Of a stretch of DNA of 26,831 nt, positions 1-7,824 are shown in pieces. Numbering within the stretch: the stretch's first letter is position 1; each line of letters opens with the position of its first letter. Source of the stretch: a virus (lineage: Duplodnaviria; Caudoviricetes). The notes beneath the pieces are model-generated. The model made no database searches. It was given only the letters and a program-made list of their open reading frames with translations, and was not told the DNA's origin. The translations under genes were made by a program, and so were the position numbers. The stretch covers positions 1-26,831 of IMG/VR virus record IMGVR_UViG_3300010043_000013. One strand, 5' to 3'.

Positions 1-134
1 GGCACCGCGTTCATGGTGGCGGTGACCGCGACCGTGACGTTGGTCTGGAACGGCGCCAGGTTGGTGGGTTGTGCGAAGGCGTGGGTTACACCAATCGCCA
101 CCGCGACCGTCATAAGCAACAGAGGCTTGCGCAT
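1..134 (-). CDS. Protein with Sec-type signal peptide (5' part only, runs off the window)
   Basis: Hand translation MRKPLLLMTVAVAIGVTHAFA/QPTNLAPFQTNVTVAVTATMNAV...: basic N-region, hydrophobic core, A-F-A cleavage motif. AAGGA SD at the end of the upstream gene. Confidence 0.7.
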   Translation of the reverse strand, partial: MRKPLLLMTVAVAIGVTHAFAQPTNLAPFQTNVTVAVTATMNAV

Positions 135-138
135 GAGA

Positions 139-522
139 CTATCCTTTCCTGAAGTAAAGATAGATGAGCGGCGCCACACCGAGCACCGAGAAGCAGCTTG
201 CAGCTATGATGCGTAGCTGCAGCGGATCATAGATAGTGTAGCCCCATACGCCACTCGCGGTGATGACAGCGATCAGCAGCAGCACGCGGGTGGCCAGGAT
301 AATCGATACCGCCCGCGCCATCTGCACGTATTGCGGCGTCACCGGCTGGATCGGCTCGCGCGGCAGCCATTGTTGCGCCGCCCCCTCCTGGGGTCGGGGC
401 GGGTGGGGAGGAGGCGGCGCAGGCCTCGGAGGCGGTGCGAGGCCGTCCGGGCGCAGCGGCACCACGGGGGGCGGCTGCGCGTGAATACGCGGGTCGAAGT
501 CCAGAGATGTCTGCTCTACCAT
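139..522 (-). CDS. Membrane protein, Pro-rich N-terminus and two C-terminal TM helices (holin-like candidate)
   Basis: Hydrophobic stretches AVSIILATRVLLLIAVITASGVWGY and IIAASCFSVLGVAPLIYLYF, basic tail RKG. Lies downstream of the virion genes. Holin role is inference. Confidence 0.65.
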   Translation of the reverse strand: MVEQTSLDFDPRIHAQPPPVVPLRPDGLAPPPRPAPPPPHPPRPQEGAAQQWLPREPIQPVTPQYVQMARAVSIILATRVLLLIAVITASGVWGYTIYDPLQLRIIAASCFSVLGVAPLIYLYFRKG

Positions 523-562
523 TGTACCGCCACCCCTATTTTTTCTGGTTGCGGATTCCGAT

Positions 563-757
563 TCAATTTCCGAAGAAATCTACGTCTTCCTGCGGCGCTA
601 TGCGGTGCTCGATCAACAGCAGCCTCACCCCATTGGCGACCGCGACATTACGGTCGCGCCGCGAGGCCTCCTGATCGTTGGCAATTGCGCGCGTCACTTC
701 CTTCAGGTTCTCGAGGAAGGCATCGCGCTGTGTCTCCTTGTTGGCCGGCTTTTTCAT
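563..757 (-). CDS. Hypothetical protein (64 aa)
   Basis: ATGA overlap with the upstream gene, natural composition. Confidence 0.7.
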   Translation of the reverse strand: MKKPANKETQRDAFLENLKEVTRAIANDQEASRRDRNVAVANGVRLLLIEHRIAPQEDVDFFGN

Positions 758-2439
758 TGGAGCGCATCATCTTCGGGGCCAGGCCGCAGTGCTTCCGTAG
801 CCCCTCGTAGCGCAGCAGCAGATCCGGTTCGCGCCGTGGGAAACGGCCCCGGACGCTCCGGGGGCGGACCATACCTCGCGACAGATGGCGGGGCACGTCG
901 GCGTACCGTCTGCTCCAGCTCTTCAATCCCGCCACGAGTGGACTGCTCCGACACGTACTGCAAGACATGGCCTAGAAACATGGTCGCAAGACCGGCGTCA
1001 GCATGGCCAGAAGCCACCGCAGCCAATGTCGTTCCCCATCCGCTCAGAGGATGGCGCGGGCCGAGTTTGGAGAGCGTGCGCGCCCAGTTCGCCACGTCAG
1101 TTCCATGGGTTATTTCGTCCATCAATTCGTTTTCAATAGGCTCGCGTGGGATTTTCCTGTTGTTACGGATTTTCTTTATCTCCTGGCGCAAGGTATTCGC
1201 AGTGTTGGCCCCCGAGCCAGAAACATCAGCGCGCTGCTCACCGGTTCGCAACGCCTCCGTGTAGCGTTCAGATGACCGTGCTGCGCGCCACACGGCGCGC
1301 GCTGTCTTCATCTCATCATAATCGGGCAGCTTTTCCAGATAATCGTCAATCATATCCATCGCGAGTCCAGCGGCCTTGCCCTCGCTGTTGCCGCGATTGT
1401 TCTGCGCCACTTTGCGAAGCGCCGTACGCACTGCATAAATTTCGTTAGACTCGATTGGTGTGCCGACTTGGCCAAGCCGCTCGTTCACCAGGCGCTGCGC
1501 TGCCTCAACGCCGCTTTGTCCCTTGTTCTGGAGGATCAGTTGCATCATATCGAGGTCATTATTCTTCTCTGCGGCAGCCACTAACTGAGATCGCTTTACC
1601 CCAGCATCCGTGGCGGGATTGTCGAGCAGCAGCCGGTAATAGGTAAGCTGCGAGTCGCTGGCCGGATCTTGAGTGATGCGTCCAAGTTCGCGGAATGTCT
1701 TGGGTTCGTCTTCACGAAAGAATTGCCGCCGCTTAAACAGCGCCCGGATCGGCTGCACCAGATCGCGCTGAACATCCCCGCCGGGAATTGGCGTATTGAT
1801 ATCCTGCAGCTTCTGATGCAACTGACTGCCGACATCAAACAGCTCTTCCTGCGTCAGCGCCCTGCCAAGTTCTGCCTTGTACCGGCGGCGAGCGGTCGCC
1901 TCCGGTGCCAGATCGGCCGCCGTCGAACCAAGTACAGCCCCGGCAACTCCCGCACCTGGAATGCCCGTCTGCTCGCCCAGTCCGGCACCCAACCCGGAAG
2001 CCGCCGCGCCTGCACCTCGGCGCGCTAATGTGCGCCCAAGCGTCGCCTCCACCGGTCCGAAAATATAATTGGCCGGATTGGTAACCGAGCGTGCGACCGT
2101 TTCGGCCACTTCACCGTAGGGTGTCGTCGGCCTCAGACCGATGCCCAGACGTTCCGACAATTCCGCCGAGGTCGGCGCAGCATTACCTGATGGCTCAAAT
2201 CCAAGGCTCTCGCCACCACGCCGGGCGATCGATTCAATGTCGCCGAATGTCCCGGCCACATCACTTGTTGGTCCTTCAATCGCCCCCCGAGCGAGTCCTC
2301 TGCCGACATCCCGCAGCGGTCCATAGTCAGTAGAAGGTGCGGGTTGCCGCTGTTCGAAGCTGCGCTGCAATTCCTCGTCGGAGACAGTGACCTTGTATTT
2401 CTCTTTTCCATCGGGCGACGTGACGACAAATTCCGCCAT
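754..2439 (-). CDS. Probable internal virion / DNA ejection protein (561 aa)
   Basis: N-terminus MAEFVVTSPDGKEKYKVT, Gly/Ala-rich hydrophobic segments, helical body. Last of the large genes after the GNAT. TAATG overlap. Confidence 0.7.
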   Translation of the reverse strand: MAEFVVTSPDGKEKYKVTVSDEELQRSFEQRQPAPSTDYGPLRDVGRGLARGAIEGPTSDVAGTFGDIESIARRGGESLGFEPSGNAAPTSAELSERLGIGLRPTTPYGEVAETVARSVTNPANYIFGPVEATLGRTLARRGAGAAASGLGAGLGEQTGIPGAGVAGAVLGSTAADLAPEATARRRYKAELGRALTQEELFDVGSQLHQKLQDINTPIPGGDVQRDLVQPIRALFKRRQFFREDEPKTFRELGRITQDPASDSQLTYYRLLLDNPATDAGVKRSQLVAAAEKNNDLDMMQLILQNKGQSGVEAAQRLVNERLGQVGTPIESNEIYAVRTALRKVAQNNRGNSEGKAAGLAMDMIDDYLEKLPDYDEMKTARAVWRAARSSERYTEALRTGEQRADVSGSGANTANTLRQEIKKIRNNRKIPREPIENELMDEITHGTDVANWARTLSKLGPRHPLSGWGTTLAAVASGHADAGLATMFLGHVLQYVSEQSTRGGIEELEQTVRRRAPPSVARYGPPPERPGPFPTARTGSAAALRGATEALRPGPEDDALQ

Positions 2440-4034
2440 TACTGCACCCGCTCAATTGTCGCGCCCGGAAACTGCCGTTGCAGTTGCTCGAGATAACTTC
2501 CCGGCGCTGCCTGACCGAGCAACGGTTTCTGCCCCGGCGGGACGTAAGCTCCCGGGATACTGGGCAACTCCACGGGCGCGCCGGTCGCCTCACCTTTTGC
2601 CGCCTCGATCGACCGATAGATTTCGCGCACGATCTGATTCAGGACGGTTGCGTATGCTTGGCGGCTAGTTGCCGTACTCAACCGCTCAAGAGCAAAATTC
2701 TGCAGTCCGACCTGCAGCACGCCGGTCGGATTTTTGGCCTTCGCATATGTTTCAGCAAGATCAAAATTGGCCTGACCGAAAGCCGCAAGCCGCAAGTCGC
2801 TGGTGCCCGACTGCCATGCCTGCACAGCCCGGTTGACAGGAACCCATCGGCCGCGCGGCAAGGCCTCAGATGCCGCATAGACATCCGGGATCAGCGTTTG
2901 CAGTCTACGCTCGATGATATCGAGTTGCGTCAAGGTTCTCGCCGCGACGTTCGCTTGTGTCCGCGCGCCGCTCATTTGACCGCCAAATCCGGCCTCCCGG
3001 CGGGTTATCTCATCCATCGGGATGTTTCGCTCGGCTGCCCGTTGAGCAACGACATTATCCGCGGCCTTGCGCTCCGGGCTACCAGCTCGGTAACTCCTGA
3101 TGTAAGACAGATCTCCCATAAGCGCCCGCTCGGCAGCGAACCGGATGCCTGGCTGATCCATCAATCCGTCAGTCACCGACTTCTCGAATTTGCCGGTAGC
3201 GTCCGCATAATCCTTGATGATCTTGGCAAGCTCCTCCTGATGCTTGTCCATCTTGTCAAAATGTCCCTGGACAGCGAGCTCCTGCGTGATTGCGTCCTTG
3301 AACTCGCCCGCCCGCAAGGCGATCTCCTGCTTCTTCTCCTCCATTGACAGCTTGTTGTCGCCGAGCACATCGTTGTAATAATCGCGCTGCCTCTCATAGT
3401 TTTGCACTACGGTCTGGCTGGTGTTCTTCCAATTATTGAACTCAGCGTCAAATTCATCTTTTTCGCCTTTCGCCCAGCCCTTGAGCATCCCGGTCATTGC
3501 CGCCATTGCGGCCATTGCCGAGCGGCGGTCTGTTCCCGAGCCCAGTGCGCCGACCATAGTGACGGCCTGCATCCACTGATTGCCCGGCGCGTTCTGGCCT
3601 TGCGGCGTGTTGTTGTCTCCGAACAGACCCGGTGGAGGCGTCAGATGAAACTGTGGCGGCGGCGGAATGGTCGGCGGCGTGGGGCGAGGATGTTCCTCGC
3701 GGAACTTACGTTGCGCTTCGATGTCACGAATCTGCTCGTCGTTACTCCGCCTGGTGAACTCCAATTGCTGGCGTCGCAATTCGTCTTCACGCGCCTGGCT
3801 CTCTGCTACCCGCCTTTCTTCTTCCGGCGCATCCGCGATCCTGCGCTCGAGAGAGCGCACAACCGCCTCCTGTGCGCGCTGTGCCCGTGTCAGTTCAGGC
3901 GGCGACTGGGGGGCGGGTGGAGGTTCCGGCTTCGACTCGGGCGCCGGCCCGAGCTTTTCAACGGTCAATTCGGGTGGCGGTCCGTATTCCGGCGACCACC
4001 ACGGCTTTGTATCGATGGTGTCGGTATCTGCCAC
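2439..4034 (-). CDS. Probable internal virion / DNA ejection protein (531 aa)
   Basis: Pro-rich N-terminus, coiled-coil segments, Ala/Met/Gly hydrophobic hairpin (AVTMVGALGSG...AMAAMAAMTGML). Synteny. Confidence 0.7.
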   Translation of the reverse strand: MADTDTIDTKPWWSPEYGPPPELTVEKLGPAPESKPEPPPAPQSPPELTRAQRAQEAVVRSLERRIADAPEEERRVAESQAREDELRRQQLEFTRRSNDEQIRDIEAQRKFREEHPRPTPPTIPPPPQFHLTPPPGLFGDNNTPQGQNAPGNQWMQAVTMVGALGSGTDRRSAMAAMAAMTGMLKGWAKGEKDEFDAEFNNWKNTSQTVVQNYERQRDYYNDVLGDNKLSMEEKKQEIALRAGEFKDAITQELAVQGHFDKMDKHQEELAKIIKDYADATGKFEKSVTDGLMDQPGIRFAAERALMGDLSYIRSYRAGSPERKAADNVVAQRAAERNIPMDEITRREAGFGGQMSGARTQANVAARTLTQLDIIERRLQTLIPDVYAASEALPRGRWVPVNRAVQAWQSGTSDLRLAAFGQANFDLAETYAKAKNPTGVLQVGLQNFALERLSTATSRQAYATVLNQIVREIYRSIEAAKGEATGAPVELPSIPGAYVPPGQKPLLGQAAPGSYLEQLQRQFPGATIERVQ

Positions 4035-4640
4035 TTATCCGCCGCCTTGTTGCTGCCGCTGCTGCTGCGCGCCGCCGAAGGTGCCCACGGCCCCGTACAG
4101 ATCCAGCAGCATCTTCCAGTAATCCTGATCCTGCGATTGATTGAACCGCGCCCAATTGAGTGCATCCTGACTGGCCTTGAACTGATTCTCGATGTTCTGC
4201 TGCATTGCCTTTTCCTGCAGCTCCAGCATCTCATCATTGATGTTCTGCACGTGCCTCGAATAATCGGTCCCCCCGAAGCGGCCAACCCCTCGATGCTGGT
4301 TAGCCATTCGCTGGTTCAGCGCATCGATGCTGCGTCCGCGCTGCATCCTGATATGCGCCGCCTGGGCGGGGTTGAGTCCGCCTCCCCCGAACATGCCCAT
4401 ACCGCCCATGCCGAGCGGATTGCCCGCACCCATGCCGAGCGCATCGGGCGTGATGGGCATCGGCAACGACGGATTAATCCCACTGGGATTATTCCCGCCG
4501 AATCCGCCCATGCCTCCGCCACCGCTGATCATCTGGATGAACTGCTCGATCAGCGCATTGTCGCCGCCGCCACCCGGTGCTGTCGGTGGCCCGACATCCG
4601 GCGGCGTCATGCTGAAGGTGGACGTCCCGTCACCGGCCAC
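4035..4640 (-). CDS. Gly/Met/Gln-rich probable ejection/pilot protein (201 aa)
   Basis: GTG start with GGAGG SD. Low-complexity N-terminal half, helical Gln-rich C-terminal half. Synteny. Confidence 0.65.
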   Translation of the reverse strand: MAGDGTSTFSMTPPDVGPPTAPGGGGDNALIEQFIQMISGGGGMGGFGGNNPSGINPSLPMPITPDALGMGAGNPLGMGGMGMFGGGGLNPAQAAHIRMQRGRSIDALNQRMANQHRGVGRFGGTDYSRHVQNINDEMLELQEKAMQQNIENQFKASQDALNWARFNQSQDQDYWKMLLDLYGAVGTFGGAQQQRQQQGGG

Positions 4641-5430
4641 GGCGCCCTCCTCCGAACGTGCCGCCGCCTCCGCGCGGATTCATTCCTGCAGCCGTCCCTG
4701 CCGGCCCGCGCTGACCGGCGAGGATCTGCCGTTCGAGCATCCTGCGCCGCATCTGCTCCATCCGCATCCGCGCCATCATCCGGGGATCGAGGAACTGGTT
4801 CATGTAGGGGTTATACTGTTGCCCCTGTCCCATCATCCCTTGCATCTGCTGCTGCATCATCATTTGACGGATCATGTTCATCAACTGCGCGGCCTGCGGG
4901 TTGCCGCCCTGTGCAGCGGTTGAGAGTCCGCGCAGCGCATTGGCAAAGCTCTGGACGGCGTTCGCACCACCAGCGCCTGCTGCGCCCGTACCCGGCCTTG
5001 TATATGGATACTCCGTTGAGGTCGCCGTATCTGCGCCCTTGCCGCCGGTCCCCGGTGCTGCGGATGGGGCTGGCGTAGTTGGCGCAGTGGTTGTGCCGGG
5101 CGGTGGTGTACCTTGGTCCGGCGCCGAGCCCACACCGCCGGGAGCACCGGAGAGTCCTGCATCCGTATCGGCGAATTGCGGTGCAGCGGTTCCGGTATCG
5201 GGGGTCGCGAGATCGGCCCCGAACGCTTCGGGGAGAGTCTGGTCCGCGACACCCATCGGCGTCGTCATCCCAGCCGGACTGAAAGGATCATTAGTCGCAC
5301 CGGGCACACCAGCGGGCATCAGCGGATCGGTCGGTGCGACCGGCGGCGCAGCACCGATGCCCGCGGAAGGGTCAAGACCGGTAGTATCAAAACCGCCGGT
5401 ACCGAGATCTACACCGTCGCCTGCCATCAC
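4630..5430 (-). CDS. Low-complexity Gly/Ala/Pro/Thr then Gln/Met-rich probable internal virion protein (266 aa)
   Basis: GTGA overlap with upstream gene, AGGAGG SD. Synteny. Confidence 0.65.
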   Translation of the reverse strand: MMAGDGVDLGTGGFDTTGLDPSAGIGAAPPVAPTDPLMPAGVPGATNDPFSPAGMTTPMGVADQTLPEAFGADLATPDTGTAAPQFADTDAGLSGAPGGVGSAPDQGTPPPGTTTAPTTPAPSAAPGTGGKGADTATSTEYPYTRPGTGAAGAGGANAVQSFANALRGLSTAAQGGNPQAAQLMNMIRQMMMQQQMQGMMGQGQQYNPYMNQFLDPRMMARMRMEQMRRRMLERQILAGQRGPAGTAAGMNPRGGGGTFGGGRRGR

Positions 5431-6926
5431 CTGCCTCCTAGATTCTGATCCGCCAGCGCCTGCGCGGCGATCATCCGCCGAACGCCCGGCGAGAGCGATT
5501 GCGGTGACACCCCGAGCTGCGCGGCGTACTGCTGCTCTATGCCCGTGTACGTGCTCTGCAGCTGCGCTGCCCGCGCCGGCGGGATGATGCCCTGCTGGGC
5601 GAGCTGCTGCGGCGACTGACCGCTGACGAGGCCGTTCACCAGGCGGTTGCCCGCGAGGCCTCCCGCCACGCCGCCGCCCTCGAAGGTGCCCGGTGCGAAG
5701 CCCGGCGCGATCGGCCCCGCATAGGGCGAGCCCGGATAGGCGCCCGGCATCAGGGCAGAGTACGACGGCTGGTTCAGCGCATTCGTCAGATTAATGCCGG
5801 CGGTGGCGAGATTCAGGCCTGCCGTCCCGTAGCGCAGCGCGGTAAGGGGCGAGACGCCGCCGCCTGCAGCCGCGGTGGTTGCCGCACCTGGGGTTGCTCC
5901 CGCCGGCCCAACCGTGCCCGGGCCGACATTGGTTGCGCCCGGCAGCACCGGCGACGGCCCGCCCGCCACCGCGCCCACATCCGGCGCGCCGGCAATCATC
6001 TGCGCGGACGGCGTCACGTTGGCGGTCGCTATTCCCGTGTCGAACCCGCCGGGGGTAAATGCTGTCTGCGTGGCGCCCGGTGTAATGCCCGCAGTGAAAT
6101 CTCCCGGTGCTGCTTCCACACCGGTTCCGGGCACCACACCGCCGGTATTGAATAACGAACCGGACTGCAGAGCGGCACTGTCAACCGATGGCGCCGGTCC
6201 ACTGAAGCTTGTCGGCACATCAGGGACGATGCCCTTGGTGGCGCCTGGGAATGCGCTTTCCAGTGTAGTGGATTGCGTCGGCACAGAGGTGGCGCCGAAC
6301 TGATTGAACGTCTGATCCATACTCTGGCCGGGATCGACAACTCCCTCGCCGCTGGCCTCCGACGACACCATCGGCCCGGTGTCCTGTCCCGCAGCGCCAA
6401 AGGCCTGCGGCGTGCCGCTGATCTGCTGCGCCGGCACACCACCGGGGAAATCCATCCAGCTGCCGGTTGCGCCGGCCGGAACATCGGTCGCGCCCGGGAT
6501 GTCAGCGAAAACGCCCTGCGAGCCACCGAACTCACCGCCCAGTCCACCGAACACATCGGGCCCACCGGTCGCCTGCGCCATCAGGTCACCGGACAGGCCG
6601 AGGGTGGCGTCGCCTACCTCGCCCGCCCCGCCGGCCGCGATATCACCCGCAGCGACGAGGTCGGTGCCGAATCCGCCCGCCGCCACGTCCGCGCTGTTGG
6701 CCGCGAACAGTGCCGGGTCGAACGTGCCGAAGGCGGCATTCGCGGCGCCGAGGCCTGCTTCCGCGGTCCCGCCGATGGTGGCAGTCAGCGTCGGGTCGAG
6801 CGCCGCGGCCGTCAAGCCGGCATCGGCACCAGCCACCGCGCCGGCATCGGCAAGACCGAATGCGGCCGGCGCAGCGACGTCTGCGCCAAGCTCGGCACCT
6901 GCTGCTATGGCACCTGAAAACGGCAT
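5427..6926 (-). CDS. Gly/Ala-rich acidic low-complexity probable internal virion/pilot protein (499 aa)
   Basis: AAGGA SD, directly after the GNAT. No Cys or His, a single Lys. Confidence 0.7.
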   Translation of the reverse strand: MPFSGAIAAGAELGADVAAPAAFGLADAGAVAGADAGLTAAALDPTLTATIGGTAEAGLGAANAAFGTFDPALFAANSADVAAGGFGTDLVAAGDIAAGGAGEVGDATLGLSGDLMAQATGGPDVFGGLGGEFGGSQGVFADIPGATDVPAGATGSWMDFPGGVPAQQISGTPQAFGAAGQDTGPMVSSEASGEGVVDPGQSMDQTFNQFGATSVPTQSTTLESAFPGATKGIVPDVPTSFSGPAPSVDSAALQSGSLFNTGGVVPGTGVEAAPGDFTAGITPGATQTAFTPGGFDTGIATANVTPSAQMIAGAPDVGAVAGGPSPVLPGATNVGPGTVGPAGATPGAATTAAAGGGVSPLTALRYGTAGLNLATAGINLTNALNQPSYSALMPGAYPGSPYAGPIAPGFAPGTFEGGGVAGGLAGNRLVNGLVSGQSPQQLAQQGIIPPARAAQLQSTYTGIEQQYAAQLGVSPQSLSPGVRRMIAAQALADQNLGGR

Positions 6927-6930
6927 TGTC

Positions 6931-7449
6931 TCAGTCCTTCAACAGTGCCGGCCCGCCCAAATCCTTGCGGTAGACCATCTCGTAAGGCCGGTAGCCGAGT
7001 TCCGGCATCAGGTTGTCGTGCGGCGCCCCGACCTTGGTGCGGGCGAGCGCAATACGCACACCCAGCCGCTCCAGCTCAGCCAGCGCAGTTTCCCGCAACC
7101 GCCTGCCGATGCCCTTGCGCCGGTACTGCGGAAACACGAACCACGCTTCGTCTTCGGCAACCCGGACCCCATAGTGCAGATCATCGTGCCACAGATGGAT
7201 CGAGTAACCGACCGGCGCCCCGTTGTCCTTGCGGCGCGCGCCGATGATGACGAGCCGCCCCTGCTCCTGCAGTTTCTTGTAGGCCGCGATGTTAAGCTTG
7301 GTGTGGCGGCCACGCAGCTCGAGCGCGTGCGCGTTGAGCATCGGCAGGTAGGGCTCAATCGAATCGAGATCGATCTCCTCGCGCCCATAGGCGATATCGT
7401 CGGAGGCGAACTCGCCGGCCCGGATTGCCATTGCGCTGTGCATATCCAT
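6931..7449 (-). CDS. GNAT-family N-acetyltransferase
   Basis: Acetyl-CoA motif A FVFPQYRRKGIGRRL and C-terminal LGY. Position between nozzle and ejection genes is typical of podoviruses. Confidence 0.9.
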   Translation of the reverse strand: MDMHSAMAIRAGEFASDDIAYGREEIDLDSIEPYLPMLNAHALELRGRHTKLNIAAYKKLQEQGRLVIIGARRKDNGAPVGYSIHLWHDDLHYGVRVAEDEAWFVFPQYRRKGIGRRLRETALAELERLGVRIALARTKVGAPHDNLMPELGYRPYEMVYRKDLGGPALLKD

Positions 7450-7824
7450 CTACGTCGTCCCGAAATGTGCATCAAAATTGCGGTGCTCCTGGGCGTGATC
7501 TTGCTGCCACAGCTCCCAGCTCACCGGCGAGTCCGGATCCAGGTACGATAGGTCGCTGATGCCGCCGCCCCCGGCCTGCTGCCGCAGGAGCAGATGGATG
7601 GCGTTGTGATCATTGAGCCAGGCGACGAATTCGTTCGCATCCTCGCCCAGAAAGCGCTGGGGGTCGGTACCGCCCAGCCGCAGGATATTGTAATCCGGCA
7701 GGATGACGTTATTGCCGGCCAGGATATTGAGGTACTGCTGGTGCTGCAGGAAGTGCCCCACCTCGTAGGCGCCGAGCCCCGGCTTGTCGCCGTACACCAC
7801 GATATTGAGTTGGAACAGGTTCAT
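7450..7824 (-). CDS. His-containing hypothetical virion-module protein (124 aa); start corrected from 8367
   Basis: ATG 7824 overlaps the nozzle stop (ATGA), GGAGG SD. MNLFQLNIVVYGDKPGLG... with three HxxxH motifs. Confidence 0.8.
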   Translation of the reverse strand: MNLFQLNIVVYGDKPGLGAYEVGHFLQHQQYLNILAGNNVILPDYNILRLGGTDPQRFLGEDANEFVAWLNDHNAIHLLLRQQAGGGGISDLSYLDPDSPVSWELWQQDHAQEHRNFDAHFGTT

